Source: Spirochaetaceae bacterium (GTDB lineage Bacteria > Spirochaetota > Spirochaetia > DSM-2461). Taken from it: a stretch of 64,000 nt of DNA. The notes under the pieces are model-generated. The model was not told the DNA's origin. It made no database searches and saw only the letters and a list, made by a program, of their open reading frames with translations. This document shows, one piece after another, positions 1 to 10,992 of this stretch (position 1 is its first letter; each line of letters begins with the position of its first letter). A program made the translations under genes and the position numbers. The stretch spans positions 473,968 to 537,967 of the forward strand of contig JAOPTT010000002.1 of NCBI GenBank assembly GCA_051531975.1. The letters are read 5' to 3'.

Positions 1-2
1 CA

Positions 3-2222
3 CTTAATAAAAAAATTCAGAAAGAGTTAGCAAGTGCTAAAACTGCTGCTGAAGAGGCGACTAAAGCAAAAAGTGATTTCCTGGCAAATATGTCCCATGA
101 AATAAGAACACCTATGAATGCTATTATTGGACTAGATTCCCTTCTTGAAAAGACTAAAATGAGTTCTAAACAGTCCGATTATGTAAAGAAAATTGGATTA
201 TCAGCTAAAAACCTGCTAGGTATAATTAATGATATTCTCGATTTTTCTAAGATCGAAGCAGGCAAACTAGACATAGAAAATATAGAATTTATAATTAACG
301 ATGTTATGGGAAACCTAACTAATATGATAGGGGAAAAATCAAAAGACCGAGGAATTGAGTTGATTTATACTCAGGATATGAATATCCCTCGAAATCTGAT
401 TGGTGATCCTCTACGGCTTGGACAAATATTACTGAATCTTACAAACAATGCAATCAAGTTTACTGAAAAGGGAGAGATTGAAGTTTCAACTAAACTAATA
501 TCTAGAACAGATAAAAAAATTATTGTGCAGTTTGATGTTAGAGATACTGGAATTGGTCTTACAGATAAACAACAAAAGAAGCTATTTAAATCATTCAGTC
601 AGGCTGATAGCTCTACAACAAGGAAGTATGGTGGTACAGGTCTTGGGCTTACAATAAGCAAAAAGCTTTCTCAGCTTATGGGTGGAGATATCGATGTTAA
701 AAGTATATCTGGCCAGGGAAGTACTTTCTATTTTACTGTACAGTTTACTGTTGGAGATCAGGAAGATATTTATTGTATCCCAGATGACCTTAAGGGGCTT
801 GATATTCTAATAATCGATGAAAACAGATCTGCTAAGTTAGCACTTACTAAATATCTGGAGTATCTAAAGTTTAATGTTACATCGGTATCTCCAAATGAAC
901 TCCGTAACAATGAAAGTAGTTATGCTTTAATGTTTATTGATAATGGTATTTCTGATACAAGTTTAGTAAATAAGATAAAAGATCGAGGAAATTCAAAGGT
1001 AATTATTACTAGTAATTCAAATAGGCCAAATACCCAGGCAGATGAGAGTTCGACTGAAGGCTTTTTAATAAAACCTATCGATCCCATGGTTCTATTAAAC
1101 AGTATATTGGAACTGTTTGGTAAAAAAACAGATACTAAAAATATAGTACAAACCTATGATTCAAAACCTGAGGATTTTGAAAAGATTATAGGTGCAAAAA
1201 TTCTTCTAGTCGAGGATAACGAAATTAATCAGCAGGTAGCAGTTGAGACACTAGAGCATGAAGGATTTTTTGTTGATATTGCAGATAATGGTAAAATTGC
1301 AGTAGATATGGTTGGTAATGGTTATGACCTTATACTAATGGATCTTCAGATGCCTATTATGGATGGTTATGAAGCAACTAGTGAAATTCGTAATCTACAA
1401 GATTATAAAGATCTTCCAATTATAGCAATGACAGCGGATGCAATGTCAGGTGTAAGGGAAGAGGTTATAAACTCAGGAATGAACGACTACGTTACAAAAC
1501 CAATTGATGCAGCGGCATTGTGGTCTGCACTGACTTTATGGATAAAACCGGGTAGTAGAAAAGCCAATACTTCAAATAAAGATGTTACTAATACAGAAGA
1601 GATTTACATTCCCCAGATTCAGGGTATCGATGTAAACGATGGCCTTAAACGTGTAGGAAATAATCGTACTTTATACAGAAAATTAATAGTTGGATTCAAA
1701 GATAATTTCTATGATTCATATAATAAGTTTACACAATTATTAAATAATGGTGATAACACAGAAGCAATTAGACTTGCCCATACAATTAAGGGTGTAGCTG
1801 GTAATATTGGAGCTGTAGGAATATTAAAAGATGCCGAATATTTAGAATCGGTATTAAAAGATGGGAAGGAAGATGAATACGATTCAGCCCTTTTGCAATA
1901 TAGTAAAAACCTGGAAGTAATTATTAAATCGATAACTGATTCTGGTCTATTAAACAGCATAGATTCAACAGCCACAAATAGTGATGTATCTAAGCCTATC
2001 TCAAGCATCGAATTGAAAAAACTATTAACACTGTTAGAAGAGGGATTAAAAAGTCGTAAACCCAAAGTATGCAATAAAAGTATAGAAGAGATAATGGGGT
2101 TCTCTACTTCTAAGGATTTACAGACTAAACTCTTAGGAATAAAAGAGCTGATAGGTAAATACAATTTTAAAGCTGCAAATGTACTTTTTAATGAAATTGA
2201 TTTAGACACTTCTGTAAAATAA
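3..2222 (+). CDS. Hybrid sensor histidine kinase/response regulator (HisKA-HATPase-REC-REC-Hpt), 5'-truncated by the window edge
   Basis: Frame is open from base 3 (..[19 protein letters not shown]-box). N-box [10 protein letters not shown]-boxes DTGIG and GGTGLGL, receiver LLVEDN..LMDLQMP, Hpt AHTIKG. Confidence 0.95.
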   Translation, partial: LNKKIQKELASAKTAAEEATKAKSDFLANMSHEIRTPMNAIIGLDSLLEKTKMSSKQSDYVKKIGLSAKNLLGIINDILDFSKIEAGKLDIENIEFIINDVMGNLTNMIGEKSKDRGIELIYTQDMNIPRNLIGDPLRLGQILLNLTNNAIKFTEKGEIEVSTKLISRTDKKIIVQFDVRDTGIGLTDKQQKKLFKSFSQADSSTTRKYGGTGLGLTISKKLSQLMGGDIDVKSISGQGSTFYFTVQFTVGDQEDIYCIPDDLKGLDILIIDENRSAKLALTKYLEYLKFNVTSVSPNELRNNESSYALMFIDNGISDTSLVNKIKDRGNSKVIITSNSNRPNTQADESSTEGFLIKPIDPMVLLNSILELFGKKTDTKNIVQTYDSKPEDFEKIIGAKILLVEDNEINQQVAVETLEHEGFFVDIADNGKIAVDMVGNGYDLILMDLQMPIMDGYEATSEIRNLQDYKDLPIIAMTADAMSGVREEVINSGMNDYVTKPIDAAALWSALTLWIKPGSRKANTSNKDVTNTEEIYIPQIQGIDVNDGLKRVGNNRTLYRKLIVGFKDNFYDSYNKFTQLLNNGDNTEAIRLAHTIKGVAGNIGAVGILKDAEYLESVLKDGKEDEYDSALLQYSKNLEVIIKSITDSGLLNSIDSTATNSDVSKPISSIELKKLLTLLEEGLKSRKPKVCNKSIEEIMGFSTSKDLQTKLLGIKELIGKYNFKAANVLFNEIDLDTSVK

Positions 2223-2253
2223 CTGTCATAAATAATTAATAGTAATAAAGAGA

Positions 2254-2368
2254 TGGGCGTTGTCTGTTCAAAAGAACAGACCTGGTCGTAACTTACACAA
2301 TCTTCCTGATCGTCGATTATGTCTGCTCGGTCAAGCAACCCGGTCGGACTATACAGCTAAACTTCTTC
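2254..2368 (-). repeat. Divergent copy of the dispersed structured element (Flavo-1-like)
   Basis: Minus strand has AAGAAGTTTAGC at the 5' end and hairpin TCTGTTC-TTTT-GAACAGA then CAACGCCC at the 3' end, matching the copies at 50.7, 52.6 and 56.2 kb. Confidence 0.6.
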
Positions 2369-2417
2369 TGTTCTAAAATAAGCATTGTACCTAAATTAGC
2401 TTTTGCTAGGGATCGAC

Positions 2418-3164
2418 CTAATATCCTGATCTCTCATCTAAGGCTTTTTGTATTAGATCATTTTCCTCGATTGCTGTTATTGATGCACCATAGTTTGGGA
2501 ATACCTGTAGTATAAATCCCTGAAACTTACGGTCTAAACCAAAACCAATTGATAGCCCTACAACGATCATAAGAATACCAAAAAACCTTTGTATCTTTTG
2601 TGTATTACCCATTAATTTAGGGAACTTATTAAGAAGTTTTCTCCCTCCTATCATTATTCCTAACATAGGAAGTGAAGTTCCTAGGGCATATGCAATAATT
2701 ATAACAACTGCACCACCATCTACGTTCTGGCTTATAGCTAAACCTATAACTGATGCCATTATTGGCCCGACGCATGGTGTCCAGATTAAACCCAGGCTTG
2801 TTCCAACCATAAAACCACCAAAAAACCCACTTTTTTGTTTTGTTGGTCTCTGTTTAATAAATCTAGAAACCAGGATTTCAAAATAGAGTTGTAGTTTAGG
2901 TATAACAAGAGTCAAACCAAATGCAATTATAATTATTATTGCTACAATTCGCATTGAATTTGGTGATATGTTAAAGGCTTTAACTATTGCAGATAATGTT
3001 AATGTAAATATACTAAAGCTCAGAATAAAACCGGATATAACTCCTAGTGGCTTACTTTTTCCGCCTATACTACCAGAGAGAACTATAGGTAATACCGGTA
3101 AAATACATGGTGATAAAATAGTAATAACCCCTGATAAAAAGGCAAAAAAAGTAATAATAACCAT
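2418..3164 (-). CDS. ccdA: Cytochrome c biogenesis CcdA/DsbD-family membrane protein
   Basis: LSPCILPVLP and WTPCVGPI motifs, multiple TM helices, adjacent thioredoxin. Confidence 0.9.
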   Translation of the reverse strand: MVIITFFAFLSGVITILSPCILPVLPIVLSGSIGGKSKPLGVISGFILSFSIFTLTLSAIVKAFNISPNSMRIVAIIIIIAFGLTLVIPKLQLYFEILVSRFIKQRPTKQKSGFFGGFMVGTSLGLIWTPCVGPIMASVIGLAISQNVDGGAVVIIIAYALGTSLPMLGIMIGGRKLLNKFPKLMGNTQKIQRFFGILMIVVGLSIGFGLDRKFQGFILQVFPNYGASITAIEENDLIQKALDERSGY

Positions 3165-3166
3165 AA

Positions 3167-3562
3167 CTACATATCTCCCTGAACCACGTTAGCGAGTAGT
3201 TCTTTTGTAGCTCCACCACTCCATTCAGCTATTGAATTGCCATTAGAATCTACCTGGATAAATGTATGCTGATATGTAACTCCATATTTAGTTTTAAGTT
3301 TTTTAGAAGTATCATAGTTAACCACAACTAGGTTTATATCTTTAAATTGATCTTTTGTAGCGCTAAACTTTTTAGCAGCAGATAAACAAGAAGAACACCA
3401 ATTTGCTTTAAAAAAGAGTACTGTTGGTTTAGTCTCTGCAAGTTCCATAACCTGTTCCATACTCTTATAGTCAATTATTGGGCCGTTATCTTTCTTATTC
3501 TCACCAAATATTGGAAGAACTGTCATAAATATTAAAACTGATATAATTGTAAACACTTTCAT
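3167..3562 (-). CDS. Exported thioredoxin-family protein
   Basis: Signal peptide; FFKANWCSSC (CxxC); YGVTYQHTF. Confidence 0.88.
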   Translation of the reverse strand: MKVFTIISVLIFMTVLPIFGENKKDNGPIIDYKSMEQVMELAETKPTVLFFKANWCSSCLSAAKKFSATKDQFKDINLVVVNYDTSKKLKTKYGVTYQHTFIQVDSNGNSIAEWSGGATKELLANVVQGDM

Positions 3563-3677
3563 CTGTCTACCTCCATTTATAATTATATATTTAAGTATAA
3601 TACCAATTGATAATTATTACTATTAGTGTTTATTGTAAATGTTTATATTTTTTAATATTGATGTAAATTTAATCGAT

Positions 3678-3773
3678 ATGTTAAAAACAATAGACCCTGA
3701 TGTCGATGGACTTCCAACTGAAGCAATTAAAAAATATACTGGGTTAACAGACGAAGAGATTAAAAAGTTATAA
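3678..3773 (+). pseudogene. Internally deleted Rpn-family C-terminal fragment (MLKTIDPDVDGLPTEAIKKYTGLTDEEIKKL)
   Basis: Hand translation; near-identical to the ends of 10259-10468 and 12276-12509. Confidence 0.7.
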
Positions 3774-3861
3774 CTAAATAACTTACTTTTATTAAACTTT
3801 GTAAAGAATCACCTTACGTATATTCAAAGATACTTTTTTCTTAGAATGAATAGTAACAATA

Positions 3862-4677
3862 TTAAATTTTTAACCAAAAAAATGGACTCTTTTTCATAAA
3901 TTCAAATCCAGATTTTAGTGCTGTTTTTTTTGATGCATTATTTGAATCAACACAATTCCACTGAGGCATAAGCTGCTTATCAATACAATTATTAACCAAA
4001 CATGTGGTTAGTATAGATGCCAAACCTCGATTTCTATGCTGTTTCTCGGTTTCTATATCAATAGGAATAATATTGTTAAATGTTGCAGTTCCAACAATAA
4101 CAGCTACAATTCTCTTTTTATATAATGCAACATATGCAATACTTTCATTTAAAAAATCTTCGTAGGATCCCCATGATTCTAGCAGACGTTCTTCCAGGAA
4201 GACTCTGTTTTGATATTCATGATGTTCTAGTTCATCAATAAACTTTGAATCTACTTTTAAAATAGAATATTCCACAGGAACTTCAAATGAAGATTTAGTT
4301 TTATCGGTTTTAATATAGAAGTATTCATCTTCACTTTCAATAATTTTGTCAGAAAACAACTCTAAAATACACTTCTGAGATTCTAAAGATTCCACTGAAA
4401 ACTCAAAAAATTCCTCACCTCTCTTTTTAAGTTTTGGAAATAGTTCTTTTATTAAGAAATTATGAAGCTGTTCATATACTGAATCTTGCCCAGGATTGCC
4501 TAAAATACAGTACCCACCAACAGCAAATGAGTATGTTAAGGCAATGGTAGGATTTTCAATGTTATTAACCCACATGCTTCCTTTGCACTTCCCTGTTACT
4601 ATTCCAGAAAAACTCGGATTATCATTAGAGACAATATTTAGACTTCTATTTTTATCAATTTTTTTGACTTTAATCAT
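3862..4677 (-). CDS. GNAT-family N-acetyltransferase
   Basis: IDIET..HRNRGLA acetyl-CoA motif; PQWNC..NNASKKTALKSGF. Confidence 0.9.
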   Translation of the reverse strand: MIKVKKIDKNRSLNIVSNDNPSFSGIVTGKCKGSMWVNNIENPTIALTYSFAVGGYCILGNPGQDSVYEQLHNFLIKELFPKLKKRGEEFFEFSVESLESQKCILELFSDKIIESEDEYFYIKTDKTKSSFEVPVEYSILKVDSKFIDELEHHEYQNRVFLEERLLESWGSYEDFLNESIAYVALYKKRIVAVIVGTATFNNIIPIDIETEKQHRNRGLASILTTCLVNNCIDKQLMPQWNCVDSNNASKKTALKSGFEFMKKSPFFWLKI

Positions 4678-4679
4678 TT

Positions 4680-5531
4680 TTAATCCTTAAGTTTTAAAGA
4701 GGAGACTGGTAATATATTCTGCATCACGAACTGGTTTTTAAGCCAACTTCTTGTAATATCATTAAAAAAACCGGGTTTTTCTATCTGCAAATTATGCCCA
4801 GCTCCATCTACTAATATATAAGTTGCTTTTGGGTAGTGTTTTAAAATATTAACAGCATCACTATATCCAACTACAGAGTCCTGTTTACCAACGATAATCA
4901 ATGTTGGTTTATCAAATAAAATATCGGAGTCAACATTGAAAGAAAATGAATAATTCTTAAATATTCTCCTAAGAAATCCCTTATCTGCAAGGTTTATACC
5001 AGTTACAATCTCAGCCATATATCTTAAATATACTTCTTTAGTCAAAACAACATTATCTCTATAAAATTTATCTTTTATATCCTCTACTAAAGTTCTGGTA
5101 AAGTCTCTATCACTCTCTACAATTATGTGTTCTGGTAGAGTCCTACTCTCTCTATCTGCATAAATTACAGGACATATTAAAAGAAGTCCTTTAACCATTT
5201 CTGGTGTTTTATTTATAATTCCTCTAGAGATATAACCACCATAGGACTGACCTACTAATAAAAACTGCTGGTTGGGTATAATGGCATCTATAAACTCACA
5301 TACTATTTCTAAAATATCATCAGAACTATTAACCATATCGTTACACTCAGACTTACCCATTCCAGGAAGATCTATATAGATCCTCTTATAATTATTTAGT
5401 TCACTAAATATAGGTTCCATACACCCAGTCATTATTCTATGGTCCACAGAAAAACCATGTATAAGAACTACTGGTTCACCCTCGCCTACTACTATGTAAT
5501 TTATTTTAAGATCTCTTATTATACATTCCAC
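4680..5531 (-). CDS. Alpha/beta-fold hydrolase
   Basis: HGF, DLPGMGKS, GQSYGG nucleophile elbow, GKQD, AGHNL. Confidence 0.93.
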   Translation of the reverse strand: MECIIRDLKINYIVVGEGEPVVLIHGFSVDHRIMTGCMEPIFSELNNYKRIYIDLPGMGKSECNDMVNSSDDILEIVCEFIDAIIPNQQFLLVGQSYGGYISRGIINKTPEMVKGLLLICPVIYADRESRTLPEHIIVESDRDFTRTLVEDIKDKFYRDNVVLTKEVYLRYMAEIVTGINLADKGFLRRIFKNYSFSFNVDSDILFDKPTLIIVGKQDSVVGYSDAVNILKHYPKATYILVDGAGHNLQIEKPGFFNDITRSWLKNQFVMQNILPVSSLKLKD

Positions 5532-5645
5532 TATTTTACCTACAATATTATTTTTAAAACATTCTATATATATTTACAACAAAAAGGATTAACAACTTTT
5601 ATGTAAAATATTAAATAATAAAGAGATGATTATAAAATTATTCTA

Positions 5646-5706
5646 TATTGATGTAAATTACATATTTTGTAACTGTGGCAGCCAGCCTCTAAGTTGTTGT
5701 TTAATA
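5646..5706 (+). repeat. ~60-bp dispersed direct repeat, copy 1
   Basis: TATTGATGTAAATTACATATTTTGTAACTGTGGCAGCCAGCCTCTAAGTTGTTGTTTAATA; also at 10279, 11580 and 13571, partial at 3656. Confidence 0.92.
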
Positions 5707-5829
5707 GTTCATGTGTAAAAAATCATAATCCAAAAGTGTATCTGTAATCATTATTTTAGTATTTATTATTTCATGGTTATACTAAAATACTTAATGAGAA
5801 AAGAAATCAGTAGTAAATGAACAGGTTCT

Positions 5830-6387
5830 TTACTTATATAATTTTATATTATTTCGGTTTTGTCGTTGTTTAATACTTTGTAAATATAGTTTCATATTCT
5901 TAAATGGTAATTTACTTTTTTTATCTAAAACCTTTGTGATAAATAAATCACAATCTTTTAAAGTCATAATGTTATTGTTGTAAGCTTGGTTTATTATATC
6001 CATGGTTGTTATATATGTGATTCTATTAGTTTCACAATATCTTCTTATGTCCCTAAGATTACTGCTAGCAATAATATTAGAGTTAAATTTTGCATAAGCC
6101 ATACACGCACTCTCCCCAGCACCAAAGTCTTCATTTAATACTATAAACTCATTTAAGATATCTTTGTCGTCTGTTGGAAAATCAATTTCTTTAATCCCTG
6201 CCTGCTTTATCATCATATCAAAGAGATGAGGATGTTTTCCAATTTTTGTAAACTCATCTTTTATTATATCTAAAAGAATTATTCGATCTTTATATAAGTC
6301 AGATAGGAGAGATAATTTATCTCCTATCTGTAGATGAATTAAAACATCGCAGTCAACTAAGATTTTTTTGTCACTATTAGAAGTCAA
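5830..6387 (-). CDS. PIN-domain-like protein (putative ribonuclease toxin)
   Basis: ILVDCDVLI at the N-terminus, GAGESACMAYA, IIASSN; TTG start overlaps the upstream peptidase gene. Confidence 0.7.
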   Translation of the reverse strand: MTSNSDKKILVDCDVLIHLQIGDKLSLLSDLYKDRIILLDIIKDEFTKIGKHPHLFDMMIKQAGIKEIDFPTDDKDILNEFIVLNEDFGAGESACMAYAKFNSNIIASSNLRDIRRYCETNRITYITTMDIINQAYNNNIMTLKDCDLFITKVLDKKSKLPFKNMKLYLQSIKQRQNRNNIKLYK

Positions 6388-7090
6388 CTAAATCACCCAT
6401 ACCTATATCTGAAAGCAGTGTTTTGTAATGGGTTTCTGATATTTTTTCATTGTTATAAAGCTTATTCGTTAATGGAATATAGTCTCCAATAATTAAATTT
6501 TCATTTCCTGGTATATATACCTCGGTAGAAAACCCATTTTTTATAGCATTCTCTTCGATTAACTGTTTATGTTGTTCTGCAAAATCTTTATCAATAAGTT
6601 TTAAATCTTTAAGTCTATGCAGCAGTGCAGATCTAGAGCATTTATATGAGCTCTCTATTTTTAACAGAGTATCAATTCCAATAGAGTTCTTTGATATTTC
6701 CTTATCTGGTATTAGTTCTAAAATCCCCTCTTCGGGCATAAGTATTAATGCTGCAAATAGATCAGCTTTTTTCTCTTCTGTTCCATTTAAGTTTTTCTCT
6801 AGTAGTATGTTTTCAAAAGTTTTATCAAAATAAAGATGATAGAGTTCGTGGGCAATTGTAAAATGTTGTCGTCCAATAGATTTATTAGAGTTTATTAACA
6901 TGTACTGAGTATTATCATCCTGTCTACAAACTATCCCTGAAATAGAATCACTTAATGGTCTAAAAAGTGTTAAAATATTTAATTTTCTTAATAATGAATA
7001 TAAGTCCACAGGTTCTTTGCTGCTTAACCCATTTATGGATCTAAAATCAGAAACATTTTTTTTTACACTTAACATATCATTAAACTGCAT
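6377..7090 (-). CDS. ImmA/IrrE-family zinc metallopeptidase
   Basis: RQHFTIAHELYH (HExxH); EKKADLFAALILMP. Confidence 0.93.
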   Translation of the reverse strand: MQFNDMLSVKKNVSDFRSINGLSSKEPVDLYSLLRKLNILTLFRPLSDSISGIVCRQDDNTQYMLINSNKSIGRQHFTIAHELYHLYFDKTFENILLEKNLNGTEEKKADLFAALILMPEEGILELIPDKEISKNSIGIDTLLKIESSYKCSRSALLHRLKDLKLIDKDFAEQHKQLIEENAIKNGFSTEVYIPGNENLIIGDYIPLTNKLYNNEKISETHYKTLLSDIGMGDLVDF

Positions 7091-7415
7091 TAGTTAGCCT
7101 TTGAATCTTGCTATAATTTTTAACAACTTTTACAAACTGGGATATAACATTAAAATCTTCTGTTGAATAACCATCTTTTCTAAAAGTAAGAGCCATTAGT
7201 GATTTATGTTTGTTCCTATCTACTTCATTAAAGTTACCAACAGAAACACCATAAAGATCTGAAAGTTTTAATAATATTTTTAAAGGAACAGATCTTTTCC
7301 CATTCTCATAATAACTAACTTCTTCCCTTGTAATAGATAAGAACTTAGCTATTTCTTCCTGAGTATAATTTAGTTTATTTCTATATTCTTTAATATTTTT
7401 TCCTATTAATCCCAT
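7080..7415 (-). CDS. XRE-family HTH regulator
   Basis: IKEYR..YTQEEIA..VSYYENGKR. Confidence 0.93.
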   Translation of the reverse strand: MGLIGKNIKEYRNKLNYTQEEIAKFLSITREEVSYYENGKRSVPLKILLKLSDLYGVSVGNFNEVDRNKHKSLMALTFRKDGYSTEDFNVISQFVKVVKNYSKIQRLTNAV

Positions 7416-7682
7416 GACTTGCCCCTAATTTAATTATCGGTTTATATGTTACATTTTACAACCAATAATAATTAATTCCATTCAAACGTAACATATATTT
7501 ACTATATAAATTATAATATGTATAGTCTTATTTTCCTTAATATGCTTTATGAATTGTATCTATTTAAATCATATAAAAGATATATCTATATTATCTTATG
7601 TATCTGAGTGGCTGTTTTTTTAGATTAAAAGTTCTGGGTTTTCTAAAAAGCAATTTCCATACTCATAAGTTCTTCCTGCTTT

Positions 7683-8084
7683 TTATCTAATAAGCTTTTT
7701 AAATTCGGAATGTTTACGCCTAGATATAATACCGTTATGTACAAGTTGATAAGCTAAAGCTTGTATTGATATACCAAAAACTTCTTTTATGGTTATTAAC
7801 TCATCTAAAAACAGAGAGTCCCGTCTGTTGCCTATATGTTTCTTTAGTTCATCTGGTGGTATTAAAAATGCTCCAGCAAAAGCGTGGCATAACTCTTCCT
7901 TATTTTTATCATCTATATCATCAAATAACAGAACAAGGTGGCCTAATTCTTGGGCGAGAGTAAATCTTTTCCTAACATTGTCACAGTTCTTATTTACTGC
8001 AATCGCAGCGACATTATTACCACTTAAACAGACACCGATAAAGTTTTTAACCTCAGAGATTTCTGTTACAACAATAGAAGTTTC
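7683..8084 (-). pseudogene. Remnant of a second ImmA/IrrE metallopeptidase (no start codon; HExxH changed to QExxH)
   Basis: Hand translation: ..AIAVNKNCDNVRKRFTLAQELGHLVL..EELCHAFAGAFLIP..FGISIQALAYQL..; bounded by in-frame stops. Confidence 0.85.
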
Positions 8085-8182
8085 CTATAGGAAAGCCCTT
8101 CCTTACTTCTAGCCATTTTAAGCCTTTTACCAAATATTAAATTATCCATAGCAGTCCAATCCTATGTTTACAATTCTAAACT

Positions 8183-8509
8183 TTATATATTCAGCTGCAA
8201 ACACAAGTAATTACTTATTTTAAAATTTAATAGTAATATAAAATATATGTGTATAAGGTTGGTTCGCCGATTCCGTAATTTTTTATTAATATGTGGATTA
8301 TTAATTGTCTTTAAAGTTTCTCTATATTTCTCTACAAACTTTATTAGATCTCTTTTTAGTCTTGGTTTTTCAAAATTTGATAGGGGAAATTCATCTGCTT
8401 CCTCTATCTGATATTCTCCATCACGATAGGTGTTCTCTGGATAACGCTTAACATTAAACACCTTTGAAGAAAAAGGTTTTGCATTCACTGTGGGGTACCA
8501 TTCCCACAA
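8183..8509 (-). other. Possible gene remnant or hypothetical ORF
   Basis: First ~70 codons look protein-like and the tail is low complexity. No family recognised. Confidence 0.25.
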
Positions 8510-8592
8510 TTCCTAACATCAAACTTTTCGATGAGGAAATGTTTGACTATTTTAGTTTAAATCTTAGCTTTATCGTTTGTTTTTATAAATTA

Positions 8593-9015
8593 CTATAAAC
8601 TTATTCCTTTAGCATTAACATAATCAGCAAACTCCCTATCTTCTTTGCTTATATGGGTAAGCCACCAATTCCGTAAAAATTCCAAAGCTGTTTGAGGGTC
8701 TCCAGTAGCAATCACCTCTTTAACAGTTTTATGTATACCTTTCATTATTTTTTTATGCATTTCGATATGTTCATCCAGATGTGGATATTCTGAAATTTTC
8801 ATTAGATGTTCTTCGGTAACAAAATGTAATTCAGCAAAATGCTGAATAAGTATGGCTCTATTTCTATTTATAATTTTATACCCTGCACCTTTTTGCAATA
8901 GAAAATGAAAAGTATTTAATATAGCAACAAAAGCTCTGTGCTGCTCATCAATAATAGGGATGTTAAGTTTATGAACTTCACTCCATTCAATATACAAAGG
9001 CTTACTCATTTTCAA
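8593..9015 (-). CDS. Bacteriohemerythrin
   Basis: W..IDEQH, HFVTEE, H..MH, WWLTHISKED iron-ligand motifs; AGGAG RBS. Confidence 0.92.
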   Translation of the reverse strand: MKMSKPLYIEWSEVHKLNIPIIDEQHRAFVAILNTFHFLLQKGAGYKIINRNRAILIQHFAELHFVTEEHLMKISEYPHLDEHIEMHKKIMKGIHKTVKEVIATGDPQTALEFLRNWWLTHISKEDREFADYVNAKGISL

Positions 9016-9249
9016 TCTACTCCTTAAAAAATATAAAATTTACATTAACAAATTCTAATATTAAATTCCTTCCTCAATTTTAAATGAAAAAACCCCAGTT
9101 AGCCAGACAAAAATATTGTGAATATTTACCATCTTCAAATAATAGTGCCTAACTTAACTTTCCTCTACCATAAAAAAATACGACGTTTATATTTATAACT
9201 ATTGTTATTCCTTAATATGGATATATCAACAAATACAATTCAACTGGTA

Positions 9250-9600
9250 TGTATTATAACACGGGCATCTGAAGTATTTGAAGACAGAGATATTGCTATC
9301 GAGTGGCTTAAAGAGCCTAATGAATCTTTAGATAACCACAAAGGCAGTATGCCGACTTATCGGGGAAGGTGCAAAACAATGGTTCATTACAAGAAACTCC
9401 AGCTTCTGAAGAACATAGTTCTCATGAAAATAGAGATACCGATATAGAAATCTCAACGGAGTTTGAAACATTTGATTTTGAGAGTGGTAATAAGTAAAGT
9501 CCCTTCCGTAATAATGCCGGACCCCTATAACTATATAGTAAATCCACTTCATCCAAATATGTCAAAAGTCTCTATAAAAAGTCCCAGGATTTTTGTTTTG
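9250..9600 (+). pseudogene. Degraded Xre/MbcA antitoxin - RES toxin pair
   Basis: RASEVFEDRDIAIEWLKEPNESL (antitoxin C-terminus), then fragments in shifting frames DLSGEGA and KVPSVIMP..NYIVNPLHP (RES domain). Confidence 0.78.
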
Positions 9601-9681
9601 ATAAAAGACTTTTTTTTTAAAAGCGTCCTTATTAGTAGTTCTAGTTATAAATAACTTCATGAATCCGAGTCACATGCTTGT

Positions 9682-10164
9682 TTATACCCTAGGTAACGTT
9701 AACTGGTTTTCAAGCCAACTTCTTGTAATATCCTTAAAAAATTCAGGTCTTTCAATCTGTAGGTTATGCCCAGCTCCATCTACTAGTTTATAAGTTGCTT
9801 TTGGGTAGTGTTTTAAAATATTAACAGCATCAGTATATCCAACTACAGAGTCCTGTTTTCCAACTATAATCAACGTTGGTTTATCAAACAAAATATCGGA
9901 GTCAACATTGAAAGAAAATGAATAATGACCAAATATTCTCCTAAGAAATCCCTTATCTGCAAGGTTTATACCAGTTACAATCTAAGCCATATATCGTGAA
10001 TATACTTCTTTAGTTAAAACAACATTATCTCTATAAAATTTATCTTTAATATCCTCTGCTAAAGTTCTGGTAAAGTCTCTATCACTCTCTACAACTATGT
10101 GTTCTGGCAGAGTCCTACTATCCCTGTCATAACAATTACATGGATCTCTTATTATACATTCCAC
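9682..10164 (-). pseudogene. Decayed duplicate of the alpha/beta hydrolase at 4680-5531
   Basis: Near-identical DNA; ~340-bp internal deletion after MECIIRD; GAG>TAG at 9982-9984. The upstream region to ~10339 is also duplicated from 5510-5706. Confidence 0.93.
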
Positions 10165-10278
10165 TATTTTACCTACAATATTATTTTTAAAACATTCTAT
10201 ATATATTTACAACAAAAAGGATTAACAACTTTTATGTAAAATAATAAATAATAAAGAGATGATTATAAAATTATTCTA

Positions 10279-10339
10279 TATTGATGTAAATTACATATTT
10301 TGTAACTGTGGCAGCCAGCCTCTAAGTTGTTGTTTAATA
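10279..10339 (+). repeat. ~60-bp dispersed direct repeat, copy 2
   Basis: Identical to 5646-5706. Confidence 0.92.
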
Positions 10340-10468
10340 ACCTATATATTAAAAACAGTAGACCCTGATGTTAATAAAACAGCCAAAAATATGAAAGCTG
10401 ATGGACTTCCAACTGAAGCAATTAAAAAATACACAGGATTAACAGACGAACAGATTAAAAAAATATAA
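10340..10468 (+). pseudogene. Rpn-family C-terminal fragment
   Basis: YILKTVDPDVNKTAKNMKADGLPTEAIKKYTGLTDEQIKKI, the typical Rpn/YhgA tail. Confidence 0.75.
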
Positions 10469-10501
10469 CTAATATATTTTATTAATTACCAACTAAAACA
10501 G

Positions 10502-10963
10502 TTAAACCTTAACATCAAAAGGAAAACTAACTACTTCTTCTGTTCTAAAATCAACGTTATACCCAACCTTGTTAAAGTGAGTGAATCCTGTATTAATCTT
10601 AACCTGGACAAAACACATTTTAGGATCTGATTCATCATTATGTGCAAAATACCAATTTGAAAATGCGACGGTTAATATATCTCGAATCTCTTTATTCTCT
10701 TCTTTTAGTGGATGCCCTATATTAAAGGCCTCACCTTGAAATTCATGTAAAGCTGCACATAGACTCACATTTCTGTTTTTTAATATCTGCTGAACCTTTT
10801 CTGACGATTCATATGTAACTATGTAGAAACTACTATTAAAGTAATATGCATCAATAATCCTTACAGTTGGTACATCATTATTACATGTAGCCAAAGCCAT
10901 ACATCTGTCTTTCCCAAATTGCCGTATTATTTTCTTATTTAATTTTTCAAATTCTTTACTCAT
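10502..10963 (-). CDS. Pyridoxamine 5'-phosphate oxidase-like (FMN-binding split barrel) protein
   Basis: MALATCNNDVPTVR, FYIVT..SEKVQQI..NVSLC. Confidence 0.85.
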   Translation of the reverse strand: MSKEFEKLNKKIIRQFGKDRCMALATCNNDVPTVRIIDAYYFNSSFYIVTYESSEKVQQILKNRNVSLCAALHEFQGEAFNIGHPLKEENKEIRDILTVAFSNWYFAHNDESDPKMCFVQVKINTGFTHFNKVGYNVDFRTEEVVSFPFDVKV

Positions 10964-10992
10964 ATAAACTCCTATTTTTTACTTACTTAACA

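Noticed and set aside
1709..2338. 209-aa minus-strand ORF
   Set aside because: Antisense shadow of the kinase gene; no motifs.
7766..8112. Plus-strand ORFs of 65 and 107 aa
   Set aside because: Antisense to the ImmA/IrrE relic on the minus strand.
10259..10468. 69-aa ORF as a genuine gene
   Set aside because: It is a chimera of the non-coding 60-bp repeat and an Rpn tail; only the tail is annotated.
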